Positions 28,358 through 40,988 of a stretch of DNA of 64,000 nucleotides are shown piece after piece. The DNA lies in assembly GCA_964016885.1 (NCBI GenBank), contig OZ024746.1, positions 7,192,001 through 7,256,000 on the forward strand. Direction: 5' to 3'. Below the pieces are notes generated by a model, which was given only the letters and a program-made list of their open reading frames with translations, did no database searches and was not told the DNA's origin. A program made the position numbers and the translations under genes. How positions within the stretch are numbered: the first letter of the stretch is position 1; every line of letters starts with the position of its first letter. The stretch is from Eledone cirrhosa. Taxonomy: Eukaryota.

Positions 28358-31300
28358 ATCATCATCATCTTCGTTTAACGTCCATCTTCCATGCTAGCAT
28401 GGGTTAGACGGGATTGTCCCACTTGAGGCAAGATTGGTCTGGTGACCGTGTCTCGCTCATATAGGACTATCTAGCAGGTTTTCTACGGCTGGATGCCCTT
28501 CCTAACACCAACCACATTTACAGTGTGGAACTGGGAACTTTTTACCGTGTTACCTACACGGCCACATTACAGCATGGACTGTGTGTGTTTTTTGTCGTGA
28601 CACCTACACGATCTCGATCTCATTATCTCGTGCTGTTGGTGGGAGTGGGAGGATAGGGTAGGGGTAGTGGATCGGGGTGTATATTTGGTTAAGAGGTGCC
28701 TACTGACTGTAGGTTTCGCTTTGTACATAGGCAAGGCGGGTCTTCTGTATTACTGTGTACCGCCAAAGATCTCGGTCCAGTGACATTGTCTTAGAGAGAT
28801 GTGTGTAAGGTCGGAATTTATCAGATCGTCTCAGGTTTTTCTGGATCTACCTACTCCATAACTACCATCAATTTTGATCGCCCTGCACTTTTTTATACAG
28901 CTGTCGTCTTTCATGCGCATCACGTGGCCATACCAATGTAGTCTTCTCTCAAGTAAACAGCATCTGATCCCTCTTATTCCTAATTTCTCACTTAGTTCAT
29001 TTATGCTTTGCCGTTCACGTATATTACTATTACACATCCAACGGAGCATGCATGCTTCGTTCCTTTCCAGTCTGCGCAGGTCCTCTGCACGCAATGCCCA
29101 TGTCTCACTGCCATGTAGCATTGCTGTTCGTATACAGGCGTCATACAATCTGCCTTTCATTTTTAGAGAGAAATCTTTTGTGGCCAACAATGGTATAAGC
29201 TCTCTGAACTTATTCCATCCCGTTCTGACTCTGGCTACTGTACTTTCAGAACACCTGCCACCATTGCTGATTTCATCACCCAGGTAACGGAAGGTGTCCA
29301 CTATTTCTATAGAACCATCTGGGCAATAGGAGCTAGTATCCTGTGGGCACTTGCTACTTATTGCACCTGAGTATCGGCCACATATAAAGTCTACGTTCTT
29401 AGATAGTTTACCTGTGATCCCACTACATCTTTTATGTACCCATAATTTGCATTTGGGACATAAAATGGAATTTCTGCCTACTCCTTTCCTACACACTGAG
29501 CATGGCCATTTCCCTGAGGGCACCTGTGCCCTATTTTCCTTTCTACAAACTAGAATTTTAGTCTTAGACACGTTAACTTTAAGGCTTTTTAATTCTAGGC
29601 CATGCTTCCATGTTTCGAATTTCTTCTCTAGTTCAGCTATAGATTCATCTATGAGAATTAGATCATCTGCGTATAGGAGTTCCCGTGGGCAGCCGGTCTT
29701 GAACTCCTCTGTTATAGCCTGAAGGGCAATAATAAATAGGAGGAGGCTAAGGACAAAGCCTTGATGAACACCAACTTTTACACAAAATCTTCACAATATT
29801 TATTGTTAATTCTAACCTTACTGACTGTTTCTTTATACATAGCTTGTATAGCTCTCACAAGCCATTCATCTACAGCTAGTTTTCTAAGAGCCCACCAGAT
29901 AATGGAGCGGTGGACTCTGTCAAAAGCTTTCTCCAGGTCTACAAAAGCTAAGTAGAGGGGGTTTACTTTTAGCTAGGTACTTCTCCTGTAGTTGTCGTAC
30001 AAGGAAAAGAGCGTCTGTGGTACTTTTACCTGACACAAACCCAAACTGCATTTTATCTAGATCAATTCGCTCTCTGATTAGTTGTGCTATAACTCTTTCT
30101 GTGACCTTCATGACCTGGTCAACTAACTTAATGTCTCTATAGTTTCCCCTATCTAGAGCATCTCCTTTACCCTTGTAGCAGTTAATAATGATGCTGCTAC
30201 ACCAGTCTTTTGGTATGACCCCATTCTGTATTACTTGGTTAACTATACGGGTGACCATAGTATGTCCCACCATTCCAGATGCCTTCAACATCTCAGCAAC
30301 TATCTCAGCTGCCTTGCCTGTCTTCATATCTTTGATTGCCTTACACCACTGGTCCTTCTATTGGATCGATTTGGGGTAGACTATCTTTTTCCCATTTATT
30401 CTCCTCATTTAATAGTCTCTCGTAGTGACACTTCCAAGCTATCTTCTTATCAGTATCAGTGAGGGCAAGTACACCGTTATCATTACGGACACACTTCTCC
30501 CCAACAATATCACGGTTTTCCTTGACACATTGTCTAGCAATCCTGAACACCTCACGTTTTTGGTCCTCACATTGTAGAACCTGCTTGAACTTTCTATCTA
30601 CTGCTTCCCTTTTTGCAAGGTAGACTTGTCTCCTAGCTTCTCTCCTGGCCACTTGATAGTGCTTTCTACTTCGCCCAGCCTGTTTTTTGGCCTTGATTGT
30701 CTCCTCCACCTCACTGTTCCACCACCAAGTTACTCTCCTCCTGCCAATAGGTTTGCTCCAGCCACAGATTTCATCTGTTGCTTTCAGCAGGTTCACTTTC
30801 AAGAATTGCCACTGTTTCTCTATATTGCATGTCTAATTGCTCTTCCTTATTGTCAAAGGCATCAAGTAATAAGCTTTTAAATTTGACACTGGCTATGGGG
30901 TCCTTCAACTTCCATATTCTTCTCCTCAAGGTAGGCCTCCTCTGTTGTCGAGTACGTCTATTCCTGACTATGAGGTCACTAACTACTAGGCTATGTTGGG
31001 AGGGGCATTCTTCACGGGGGAGGGATTTAGTGTTTACAACAGACACTTTGTCCCGTCTTCTAGTAAGGATATAATCTATCTGGCTGGCGTGTTCCTCTGA
31101 TCTATAGGTGATCAAGTGGTTTTCTCGACAGATAGTTAGGTTATTAGCGTCACAGAATTCCAGGATTCTGAAGCCCTCCTCATTTCTATTTCCAACCCCA
31201 TAGCCTCCATGGATTCCATCATAGCCATCACTATGTTGTCCAACGTGACCATTTAGATCGCCAGCAATAATTAAGTAGTCGCTGTTGGTTATTTGGGAGG

Positions 31301-31645
31301 TAGTGTGCATTAGCATCTCATAGAATCTGTCCTTTATAACGTCAGGTAGACCAGAATGCGGTGCATAAGTGGATATTATTGTCACAGTAGTTCTATTTAG
31401 AACTAGTCTAATTTTAATTATTCTGTCATTCACTCTATTTACGTCAATTACTTTATCTACCCATTTTTCAGCTAACATAATTCCTACACCACCCAGTCCG
31501 TTGTCATTTCCCACCCAGAAAAGTTTATAGCATCATTTTTTACCCATGATGAATCTGGCAGACCCACCTCTCCACCTAGTCTCTTGAATACAACAAACTT
31601 CAACTTCTTTACGTTCAAGCATTCAAGCATCTCTACAACCTCATA
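28358..31645 (-). mobile_element. Near full-length RTE-clade LINE (AP endonuclease + RT + PHD-like finger), frameshifted
   Basis: APE motifs GGVGIML, STYAPH, IAGDLNGHVG and SQIDYIL; RT motifs KGKGD..NYR.IKL, QFGF and ELLYADDL; (GAT)n tail. Confidence 0.96.
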
Positions 31646-32262
31646 TGTCGCAAACATTTCCAAACACAAAATAATTTTATATCTTTATTTATCAATTATC
31701 GTTAATATTCTATGTCATTGATAAATTATTTAGCAACCATTTTTGAAAGGAAAATATTGGGAAAACAGTGACAAAATCCATGAAATTCAGAAGTGTATTG
31801 TGGAAATAAACATCAGAAGTTTTCTTCATTACATTTTGGAGTTCCATACTTCCTTCAAAACACCTGTAAATATTAATACAACTTTGATAAGTTGAGATCT
31901 TTTCATTGAAGGGTGTGGTGCAAAATCAGGTCATACAGGATGTTAAACAAAGGCTATATGGCACAGAAGTACCTAGGGCATTGCTCTTTGTGTTTGTCTC
32001 ATTAGAATCAGTGTTGTAGAACGTTACAGGCTTACCTGGACATTATTATAAATATCCAGCAAATAATCATGAAATTTGTCACCCAAACAGTGTTCCATTT
32101 CACCCAAATACAGCTGTTACCCAAACAGTGACCTTCTTCCAAATAAACTACAGATATTTGAAGCTATATAACACATTAGCTAAGAAGGCCATAGTTTAAT
32201 ATATCATTGTTAACCTTTTAAATAGGTGTTTACTGGTTTAAGTCATTAAACCTGCAGCTATT

Positions 32263-32680
32263 TTAACCCTTTAGTATTTACATTACTCTATATATACTAT
32301 TGTATTTTCACAGTAAAGGCTTTACCTTACATAATTATCTCACATAAAATCGAATCTCAGATTTTGGTGTTATTTATTTTGAGAACAATACCTTAATGTA
32401 GGTGTGAGCAGCCAGTTACAGCCGGTTTGAACAGAAAGAAGTGAGAGTTCTGGCCGGATACAACTGGTTTGAATGCTAAAGGGTTAATGTTCAAACCGAC
32501 CAGAATTCTCTACCTCTTTCTGTTGAAACTGGCTGTAACTGGTCGCTCAAACTGATGTTAAGGTATTGTTCTCAAAATAAATACTTTCAAAATCTCCTAG
32601 ATTCGATATTATGTGAGTAAAAGCCTTTACCATGAAAATATAATAGTAAATATAGAGTAATGTAAATGCTAAAGGGTTAA
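32263..32680. mobile_element. Two abutting inverted copies of piggyBac-type MITE family 2
   Basis: TTAACCCTTTAG..CTAAAGGGTTAA at 32263-32487, then a partial reverse-complement copy ending AAAGGGTTAA at 32680. Confidence 0.85.
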
Positions 32681-32953
32681 GGTAGCACTTTCAAAGGTTT
32701 TATTTGATGATAGCAGTTTTATAGTATTTTTCTTTGATACTTTATTTTGACTCCAGACAGACAAAAGTTGACTGGGTAGAAAGGGATATATCTGACTCCC
32801 ATAAGGTATTTTTATTTAATACACCAATTTTGCCATGCCCCACCAAAATCTATTTATATACACACATAGAGTAAGATGTGTAAACACACCTATACTAACA
32901 GTTGTAATTGAGTCAGCTGATACAGCTTTAGTTCTTTTATATTTGACCTCTGA

Positions 32954-32988
<35 letters not shown>

Positions 32989-34477
32989 ACAGCCGCTTTT
33001 CTCTGCTTGCAATATTCATAACATATTTTATTAGATCAATCAGTATGTTTTACTCAGAGCTAACAGCTAGTAAATATTAATACTATTTTGTACAATGTTT
33101 TATAGCCATTTTGTGTGAAGGTGGGGAGGGCAGCTGAACCACCACTTTGACTTAGGTGTAGAGTCTGTCACCCTTCCATGCTTTCTTTTGTTGCTTAATA
33201 ATCTTTACCCTTTCTTTCCTTTTCCTCTCTTTTGTTGTTTTATCTACTTCTCATCAACATTGGACTATTTTCTGTTCCATTATGTATGTTGTTTTAAAGT
33301 GGTTCCAGTTTCTTTTGTGTGAGAAACTGTCTAAAACTACAATATATATTATGGATTAGGATAAGTCCCTACTAGGGTTATGGACCCTTTGGCTTTATGA
33401 CTTCAAAAGACTAGGTTAATTTTTGGCTTGTGTGAAGGGGGGAAGGAGTGAGTGCATGGCTAGCAACCTTACCTCTATTAATCCAAATTGCTAGAGTCGA
33501 CAAATAGATATCTGATACTCCAAAGGGAGATAAAGGAACAGACAGTTGATCTTTCTGGTATTAAACCACCTGAAATTACCCTTGATTCTATCATACAAAG
33601 CAATATATTTTAAAGTGTTTATATTTATATAAAACCTTCCATCATAATTGTTTGCAGTAATCCTTGTTGAAAATGTTCCAAACAACATTAATAATGAGAA
33701 AGTTAGTTATATTACTAAACCTTTCTAAATTTTTGGGTATTTTCAAAATTATTTCAAAATTGTAGGCATTGACTTTCAATAGAAATATGGTAATGAAAGA
33801 GTTAAATATATTTTAAGTGTGTGTAATTTGTGACAAAAAACGTGGAAGAGTTGAAATCAATTGATTATAATTTTCGTAAGTATGTCATATATTTAAGTTG
33901 TTAGTCTACTAGTAAGTTAGTATGTGTTTAGTGTGTGATGTATCATTGATTTTAATCACTGACCCACATTTTTAATATATTGCACTTTTTCAAACATTAT
34001 CTCTGCTAACTCAGCGACATGTTAAACTATTGTCAGTGCTACACAATTAGTTTTTTTTTAAAAGAATCTAACTTGTTTATGAGAAATGAAAAATTTGAGA
34101 TATTTAATGGACATATTACTATTTTTTTTTTCAACAAGAGAACCTCTATGTTGTTATTTGACTTTTGGAAATCACAATCAAACCGCACTCATACGCACCT
34201 TCAAAATGCAAGGATACATTGGATAATGTAGTCTTAGGTGTACTGTGTCTGAGAACAAAAGATGGAGTGGTCATGTCTGGAATATATTCAACCGTAGCCT
34301 TGTTCCATCAGGGTCAACAAAGTGCTTAACAATAATGACATTACTATTTTCTTGAAATTTGTTTATCCTAAATATTTTAAAGTACCACACCCACTTGTAG
34401 TAATTGGACAAACAGCTGTGTAAACATTTCATCCAAAAATGTGCAAAGAAACATCAGCCTACCCAATTTAACATCAT

Positions 34478-34699
34478 TTAACCCTTTCATGACCATATTT
34501 CTAATGAAATGCACTTTTTTAATTAAGAATTTTGAGGGATTTACTAAAAGTATTATTTCATTAGTAAGTAACTTAATGTAAGGTTCTTATATAAAATTAT
34601 GTCGGAAGATTTTAATTTAAATTGGAAACCTTTAAAATGGGTTATTTTATGAAATAAAACCCGAGCTGATTTTGGCTGGGCTGGTAACTAAAGGGTTAA
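34478..34699 (-). mobile_element. piggyBac-type MITE family 1
   Basis: TTAACCCTTT..AAAGGGTTAA termini; reverse complement of 54397-54626. Confidence 0.85.
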
Positions 34700-35120
34700 G
34701 AAAATTTTTTTTTTTTTAAATTTATCATTGTGACGATGATGATAATGGTGATGATCAATGGCTGCTGGCATGGCGAAGTGATTAAAAATGTCACTTCCTA
34801 ATCAAGTGTTCTGGGTTCAGCCCTACTATACAGCGCTGGCATTAAGGTCTTCTATCACAGCTATAAAGGTCAATCCAAGTTAGCAAGTTAGCTTGTTTTT
34901 TTGTGAAATTGAGCAGATGTAAACTGTGCAGAAGCCTATTAGACAGTGTAGGGGATTTAATCTGTTGGTTTAACACTGTCACCTAGATCTTGGCTGCTTC
35001 CGTCTTTTGCAAGTATTTTGCTGAGGTCTCTGGTTTATTCTTCCTAACTAGTCTTGGAGACTTTACAAGATCAGAGAACTGATAGTCATCCTCACCAAGC
35101 TATAAACAAATATAGTAATA

Positions 35121-35570
35121 ACTAGCAGAATGGCCCGGCGTTGCTCGGGATTCTAAACGTAGATTGGCATATTTATCCCTCCTTTCTGAAACAGTTTCGT
35201 CGTACCAATTGATGCAGAAGTTCTAATAAAAAGTCACCTTGGGTGAATAGGCAAATAATTTTCCATTAAGATTTTCAAAAGCATGTAATTGCATTCCCTT
35301 TCTTTTTTGTTCCCTTTCTGCTGTCGAGCCTCATGAAATAAATACGTTTGTTTATATTTAGTTATTGTGTATGCAAAAATATCTGTACACGAATATATAA
35401 TTATATATCGAAAACAGAGAATGTCTGTCTGACTCCCTAAAACTCGAGAACCACCCAACCGATTGTTTTCAAGCTGTACACATGTAATACTTATGGTGTA
35501 CTTATGCCCTAGGGACCGCATTAGGTGATTTAGCGATCTCTCTCTATAATTCTTAGTCTGTCTTAATCTG

Positions 35571-35611
<41 letters not shown>

Positions 35612-35994
35612 TATATTTGTGTACAGATATTTTTGCATATACAATAACAAAATATAAACAGACGTATTTATTTCACGAGGCTTGATAAGGATAAATATAT
35701 ATCAAATATATAAGAACCCTAGAGCAAATCCCGAGCAACGCCGGGCCATTCTGCTAGTATATATTAAAATAACAGATTAAAGTTTAAGCGAAGAATCGCT
35801 GCTTTCATCCTTAACGGGATCTTCTGAAACTAAAAAAAAATCAATCTGTGAACGCGGAAGTAAATATTTCGAAAAACGTTACACACACTATATATATACA
35901 CACACACACACACACACCACACACCACACACCACACACCACACACCACACACCACACACCACACACCACACACCACACACCACACACCACACAC

Positions 35995-36031
<37 letters not shown>

Positions 36032-36637
36032 CGTCATAGTGTCGTAATGCAGACAGATATTATAAGGGCGCAACATTATAGCTATGTATCTATCTAAAAA
36101 GACAGTTTAAGAATTATAGAGAGAGATCGCTAAACGGCATCTAATGCGGTCCCTTGGGCATTGAAAATTTGAAATATTTTTTGCTCAAAACACTCACACG
36201 ACCATAAGTATTACAGGTGTAAAGTTTGAAAAATATCGGTTGGGTGGTTCTCGAGATTTAGGTAGTCAGACAGACATTCTTTGTTTTAGATATATAGACT
36301 AGCAGAATGGCCCAGCGTTGCTCGGGATTTGCTCTAGGGTTCTTATATATTTGATATATATTTATCCTTATCGAGCCTTGGGAAATATATACATTTGTTT
36401 ATATTTTATTGTGTATGCAAAAATATCTATACACGAATATATAATTATATATATATATAACAGTACAGAGAAGTACGGAATACCTTGGCATCGGGATGTT
36501 GTCTACATTTTGTGGTTTAAAAAAAAAATTTGGCATAGATTACCAGGGTTTTTTTCCATGCCAAGAAAATCAATACTTTATTGCGAAATAAATACTTTTT
36601 TTTATATTTTGTTATTGTGTATGCAAAAATATCTGAC
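35121..36637. mobile_element. Nest of non-autonomous Helitron-like elements in tandem and inverted orientation
   Basis: Repeated 5' end ACTAGCAGAATGGCCCGGCGTTGCTCGGGA (35121 +, 35758 -, 36298 +) and 3' CAGACAGACATT..TATATAG ends; internal microsatellites. Confidence 0.6.
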
Positions 36638-37298
36638 AAGACCTGCTGGAAGGAGTGTTTGAAGACTCTGTCCCCCACAACCCTCTCAGGAATATGTGGG
36701 TAAAGATGATGATAAAATAAAATAAATTCCACACTGACTTTAAAAAAGACCCTTTAGACTAACAGATTTACTGTTCTCAGATCTGGGACAGTGGTACAAC
36801 TGCACACATAAATATTCTAGATTGTAATGTAAACAAAATAGAAATCCTTTCTCACCAACATGCTTCAACTACTGGACCACAAATGTGGTGTGTCTTCTTT
36901 TTCTATTATTACAATGACCTTTTCTACTTCTCTGAACTGGATGAAATGTTTAGACAAGAAATTATGGCAACAACTCTCAAGTGTCGAATAATCTCCACCC
37001 CAGCACCGTTTATTTATTTTTCATATTTTTTCCAACCCCACCTCCCCGTTCTTATTCCATCCCACTTACCCCTGCTTATTAAATTTTACTAATCTATCTC
37101 TTGTGAAATTTTATTTTAAGAGGCAACATTCCTGTCACAATTTTCTTGAGACATTAAAAAACATTATACATGACAAAGCAGAACATTACAAGAAATCCCA
37201 TATAAAATAAATAGGATGGGTTGAGGTGTCAATATGTAAACTAAATGACTAATTTTGATTTTTAAAAAAATCAATGGAGACAACTTAGAAAAATTCTC

Positions 37299-37329
<31 letters not shown>

Positions 37330-37518
37330 CCCCACCACCACCATCCCTATTATTTGGGACTATATATACTCACATATGTCACACTTCCATTTTACATTAG
37401 GCTATTTGATTTGAAGTGAGGTTTTTTAAAGATCCATTAAATAAGTTACATGCTGAGTTTTAGGTTGTGTTTTCCTAGAAAAATTGTACGACATATACAT
37501 GAGTTTATTTTAGTTTAT

Positions 37519-38186
37519 ACTAGCAGAATAACCTGGCGTTGCTTGGGATTCTAAACATAGATTGGCATGTTTATCCCTCTTTTCTGAAACAGTACAGAGA
37601 AATATGGAATACCTCGGCCGCGGGTCTACATTTTGTGCTTATAAAAAAAAATTGGCGTAGATTACCACAGTTTTTTTCGGTGCGAAGAAAATCAATACTT
37701 TATCACAAAATAAATACTTTTGTTTATATTTTGTTATTGTGTATGCAAAAATATCTGTACACGGATATATATATCTTAAAATAACAGATTAAAGTTTAAG
37801 CAAAGAATCGCTGCTTTCACCCTTAACGGGATCTTCTGAAACTAAAAAAATCAATCTGTGAACACAGACGTAAATATTTCGAAAAACGTTACACACTATA
37901 TATATATATATATATATATTAGCGTCATAATGTTGTAATGCAGACAGCCAGACACAGACAGATATTATAAGGGCGCAACGTTATATCTATGTATCTATCT
38001 AAAAAGAAAGAGTAAGAATTATAGAGAGACATCGCTAAATCGCCTAATGCGGTCCCTAGGGCATTGAAAATCTGAAATATTTTTTTCTCAAAACACTCAG
38101 GGCCATAAGTATTTCATGTGTAAATTTTTGAAAACAATCAGTTGGGTGATTCTCGAGTTTTAGTGAGCAGACAGACAGACAGACAT

Positions 38187-38195
<9 letters not shown>
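37519..38195 (+). mobile_element. Non-autonomous Helitron-like element, apparently complete
   Basis: Same termini and body as the 35121-36637 copies. Confidence 0.6.
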
Positions 38196-38241
<46 letters not shown>

Positions 38242-38980
38242 AATACATGGCATGGCATATACACAAGTTTATTTTAGTTTATATATATATATATATACAC
38301 ACACATACATATGTCATGACATATAGATGAGTGTATTTTAGTTTTTTCCTCATAGTTTTGATTTTTTAAAAAGTAGTCTCATACACTTTGTCATTTAACA
38401 TTAAAAAGGACACTCTCCTCTCAAGTAGATTATTTCTTGTCTAGGGTGAGTTGCTGAATATTTTCCATAAAATGGAGCAGGTTACGGTGGGAGGAAACAA
38501 CAATAGACAGGCTCAATGACCAACATTTTATAATATAGACCACCAATCTGCTGAGCCCTTTAATATTAGATTTCATTATATTTGTGTGTGTGATTTTAAT
38601 TTGTTGTTGAATGAAATAATGGATAATTTGCTACCCCAGCCAGAGTCGTATGTAACCTTGATCAAGTTATTCTCCAGCAATAAAGACATGAAGCTCTTGA
38701 TTGTTAGATGTGCAGTGTGAAAAAATCTATATCCCAACAGTACAAGTTCGCAGTTCTCTTCTTCTTTATTGATATAATTACAGCAGTGTCAACTCTTTCT
38801 GAGTACTATCATCTTTATATAACAAACTATTCTTTACAGTAAACAATATTGCTACTGTCTTCTTGTACTCTTGGATCTCTAATAATTGTCCCCATTCCTT
38901 ATTAAATTTTATTCATCTATCTTTGGCAAAATTTTATTTTAAGTGCTCGCATTCCTGCAACAATTAATCTTCTTTGTACA

Positions 38981-39192
38981 TTAACCCTTTAGCATTTACA
39001 TTACTCTATATTTACTATTGTATTTTCACAGTAAAGGCTTTACTCACATAATTATCTCACATAATATTGAATCTATGAGATTTTGATATTATTTATTTTG
39101 AGAATACCTTAACATCAGTTACAGCCGGTTTGAGCAGAAAGGGTTGAGAGAATTCTGGCTGGATATGGTTGGTTTAAATGCTAAAGGGTTAA
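38981..39192 (+). mobile_element. piggyBac-type MITE family 2 inserted at TTAA
   Basis: CCC/GGG termini flanked by TTAA; the paralogous host repeat near 37150 has the empty site with a single TTAA. Confidence 0.9.
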
Positions 39193-39788
39193 AAAATCAT
39201 TATACATGACAAAAAAAGTACATTACTAGAAATCCCATATGTTATAAAATAAATAGGATGGGTTGGGGTCTCTATGTAAACTAAATGACTAATTCTGGTT
39301 TTAAAAAAAAATCAATGGAGACAACCTAGAAAAATTACTAGTTTTCTAACCCCCCCCCCCCACACACACACACACAAAAAAAAGTTTATTTGGGACCCAA
39401 AAGTATGTTAGATAATATTGAAGAAAAACAACTTAAAATTATATTGTCTAAAAATATTGGATCCTGCTGTTTTAAAATGGGCACTATTGATCTCCACCCC
39501 CACCCCAGCCTGACTCCATGTCACAAGTGAAAGTATTCCTATCCCACCCCAGCCTGACTCCATGTCACAGTGAAAGTATTCCTACCCCACCCCAGCCTGA
39601 CCCCATGTCACAGTGAAAGTATTCCTAAACAACAAATGTGAAGTCTCTTGTTACTCTATTGTAATTGTTGTCTACTGTATTACAGCTGTTTAAATAAACC
39701 TTGATCAGATTTATGATCAAACACATTGCAGCTGTAACCAGCTTCTTCTCACTATATAGGTCCCAAATAATAGGGCTATTTGGAAAAT

Positions 39789-39827
<39 letters not shown>

Positions 39828-40569
39828 CAGAATTAGTTTAGTTTACATATTGGGATCCCCAACCCATCCTATTTATTTTATAATGTATAGGATTTCTAGT
39901 AATGCTCTTTCTTTTTGGTGTGTAATGTTTTTAATGTACAGTAATTGCAGTGCAGGCTGATCAATCAATCAACCAATAATGCTGTAATCAGACAGAAGCA
40001 CTCAACGTCATGAATGCCACAAGGTATTACATGAAGGGTAACAGACAGAATATTAAGAAAAGGAAAACATAGTATCATATATTCAACATCATTTATTCCA
40101 TTACCTGTGATGCACATTTTAAAGGTACAGAAAGGTCGTTATTCAACAATCATTCAATACATTGTCAGAAGCTAAATTTTTTTTTTCTTTAGGTCAGTAG
40201 AGTGTAATTCAAGGGAGATTTGACTGTTATTTCTAGCAATTGAGCAGTCGCGTAGCAAATCTCCTGTTGCCTCATTATTTGTTTTCTAGTTTATTCTATG
40301 TTCCAACCAAAAGGCTGGCCTATTTTTTTTTTTTTTTTTCATTTTTTCTCACCTCTCACCATATTGCAGTTTTGGTGGTCTTATTCATGCCAGTCACCAT
40401 TCTGGTACTTTCTCAAACCTGTGACGATTAGACTTTTTTTAGAGGTGGCCTTTACTTGCCTCATCATAGCTACAGGTGTCACCCATCGCTCCATCTCTCC
40501 CTAATAATTTACTTTGGTTTGCCCAGAAGATATTTTTAAAACTCAAAATTATTGTTTCTTTTTCTTCAG

Positions 40570-40763
40570 ATGGTGATACAATTCAGTGATAAATGTGCTG
40601 ATTGTGAGCATGTCTGTGGTGTCAAGCAGCGGGAATTGGAACCTTTTATCCAAAAGTTCAACATTTTGACTAATGAAGAAAAGCGGGTTGCAATGATGGT
40701 GACAAGTAAAGGAATACTCCATCTATTATCACAAACAGTTCCTTGCGTCGGATGTCGGCGAAG
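40570..40763 (+). CDS. GGNBP2: GGNBP2 coding exon (MVIQFSDK..VPCVGCRR)
   Basis: ttcag|ATG acceptor, AG|gtaagt donor; SQTVPCVGCRRS matches the GGNBP2 family motif SQLVPCVGCRRS. Confidence 0.93.
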
Positions 40764-40805
40764 GTAAGTGTTACATTCTTGTCTTTACAAGGAGGGAATC
40801 ACTAA

Positions 40806-40988
40806 CTGTATATACTCGAATATAAGCACACCCCCAACTTTATGTCTGACAAAAGGGAAAAAATCCAAACCGCATTTATAAGCCAGCTAATCAACACATT
40901 GTTTAGATGATGTATATAAGCCTCTCCTCCAGTTTACCATCAGGTTTTTTTTTTGGGGGGGGGGGGTCGACTTATATTTGAGTATATA
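40806..40988. mobile_element. Tc2/pogo-like MITE
   Basis: TIR-like TATATACTCGAATATAAG / CTTATATTTGAGTATATA. Confidence 0.6.
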
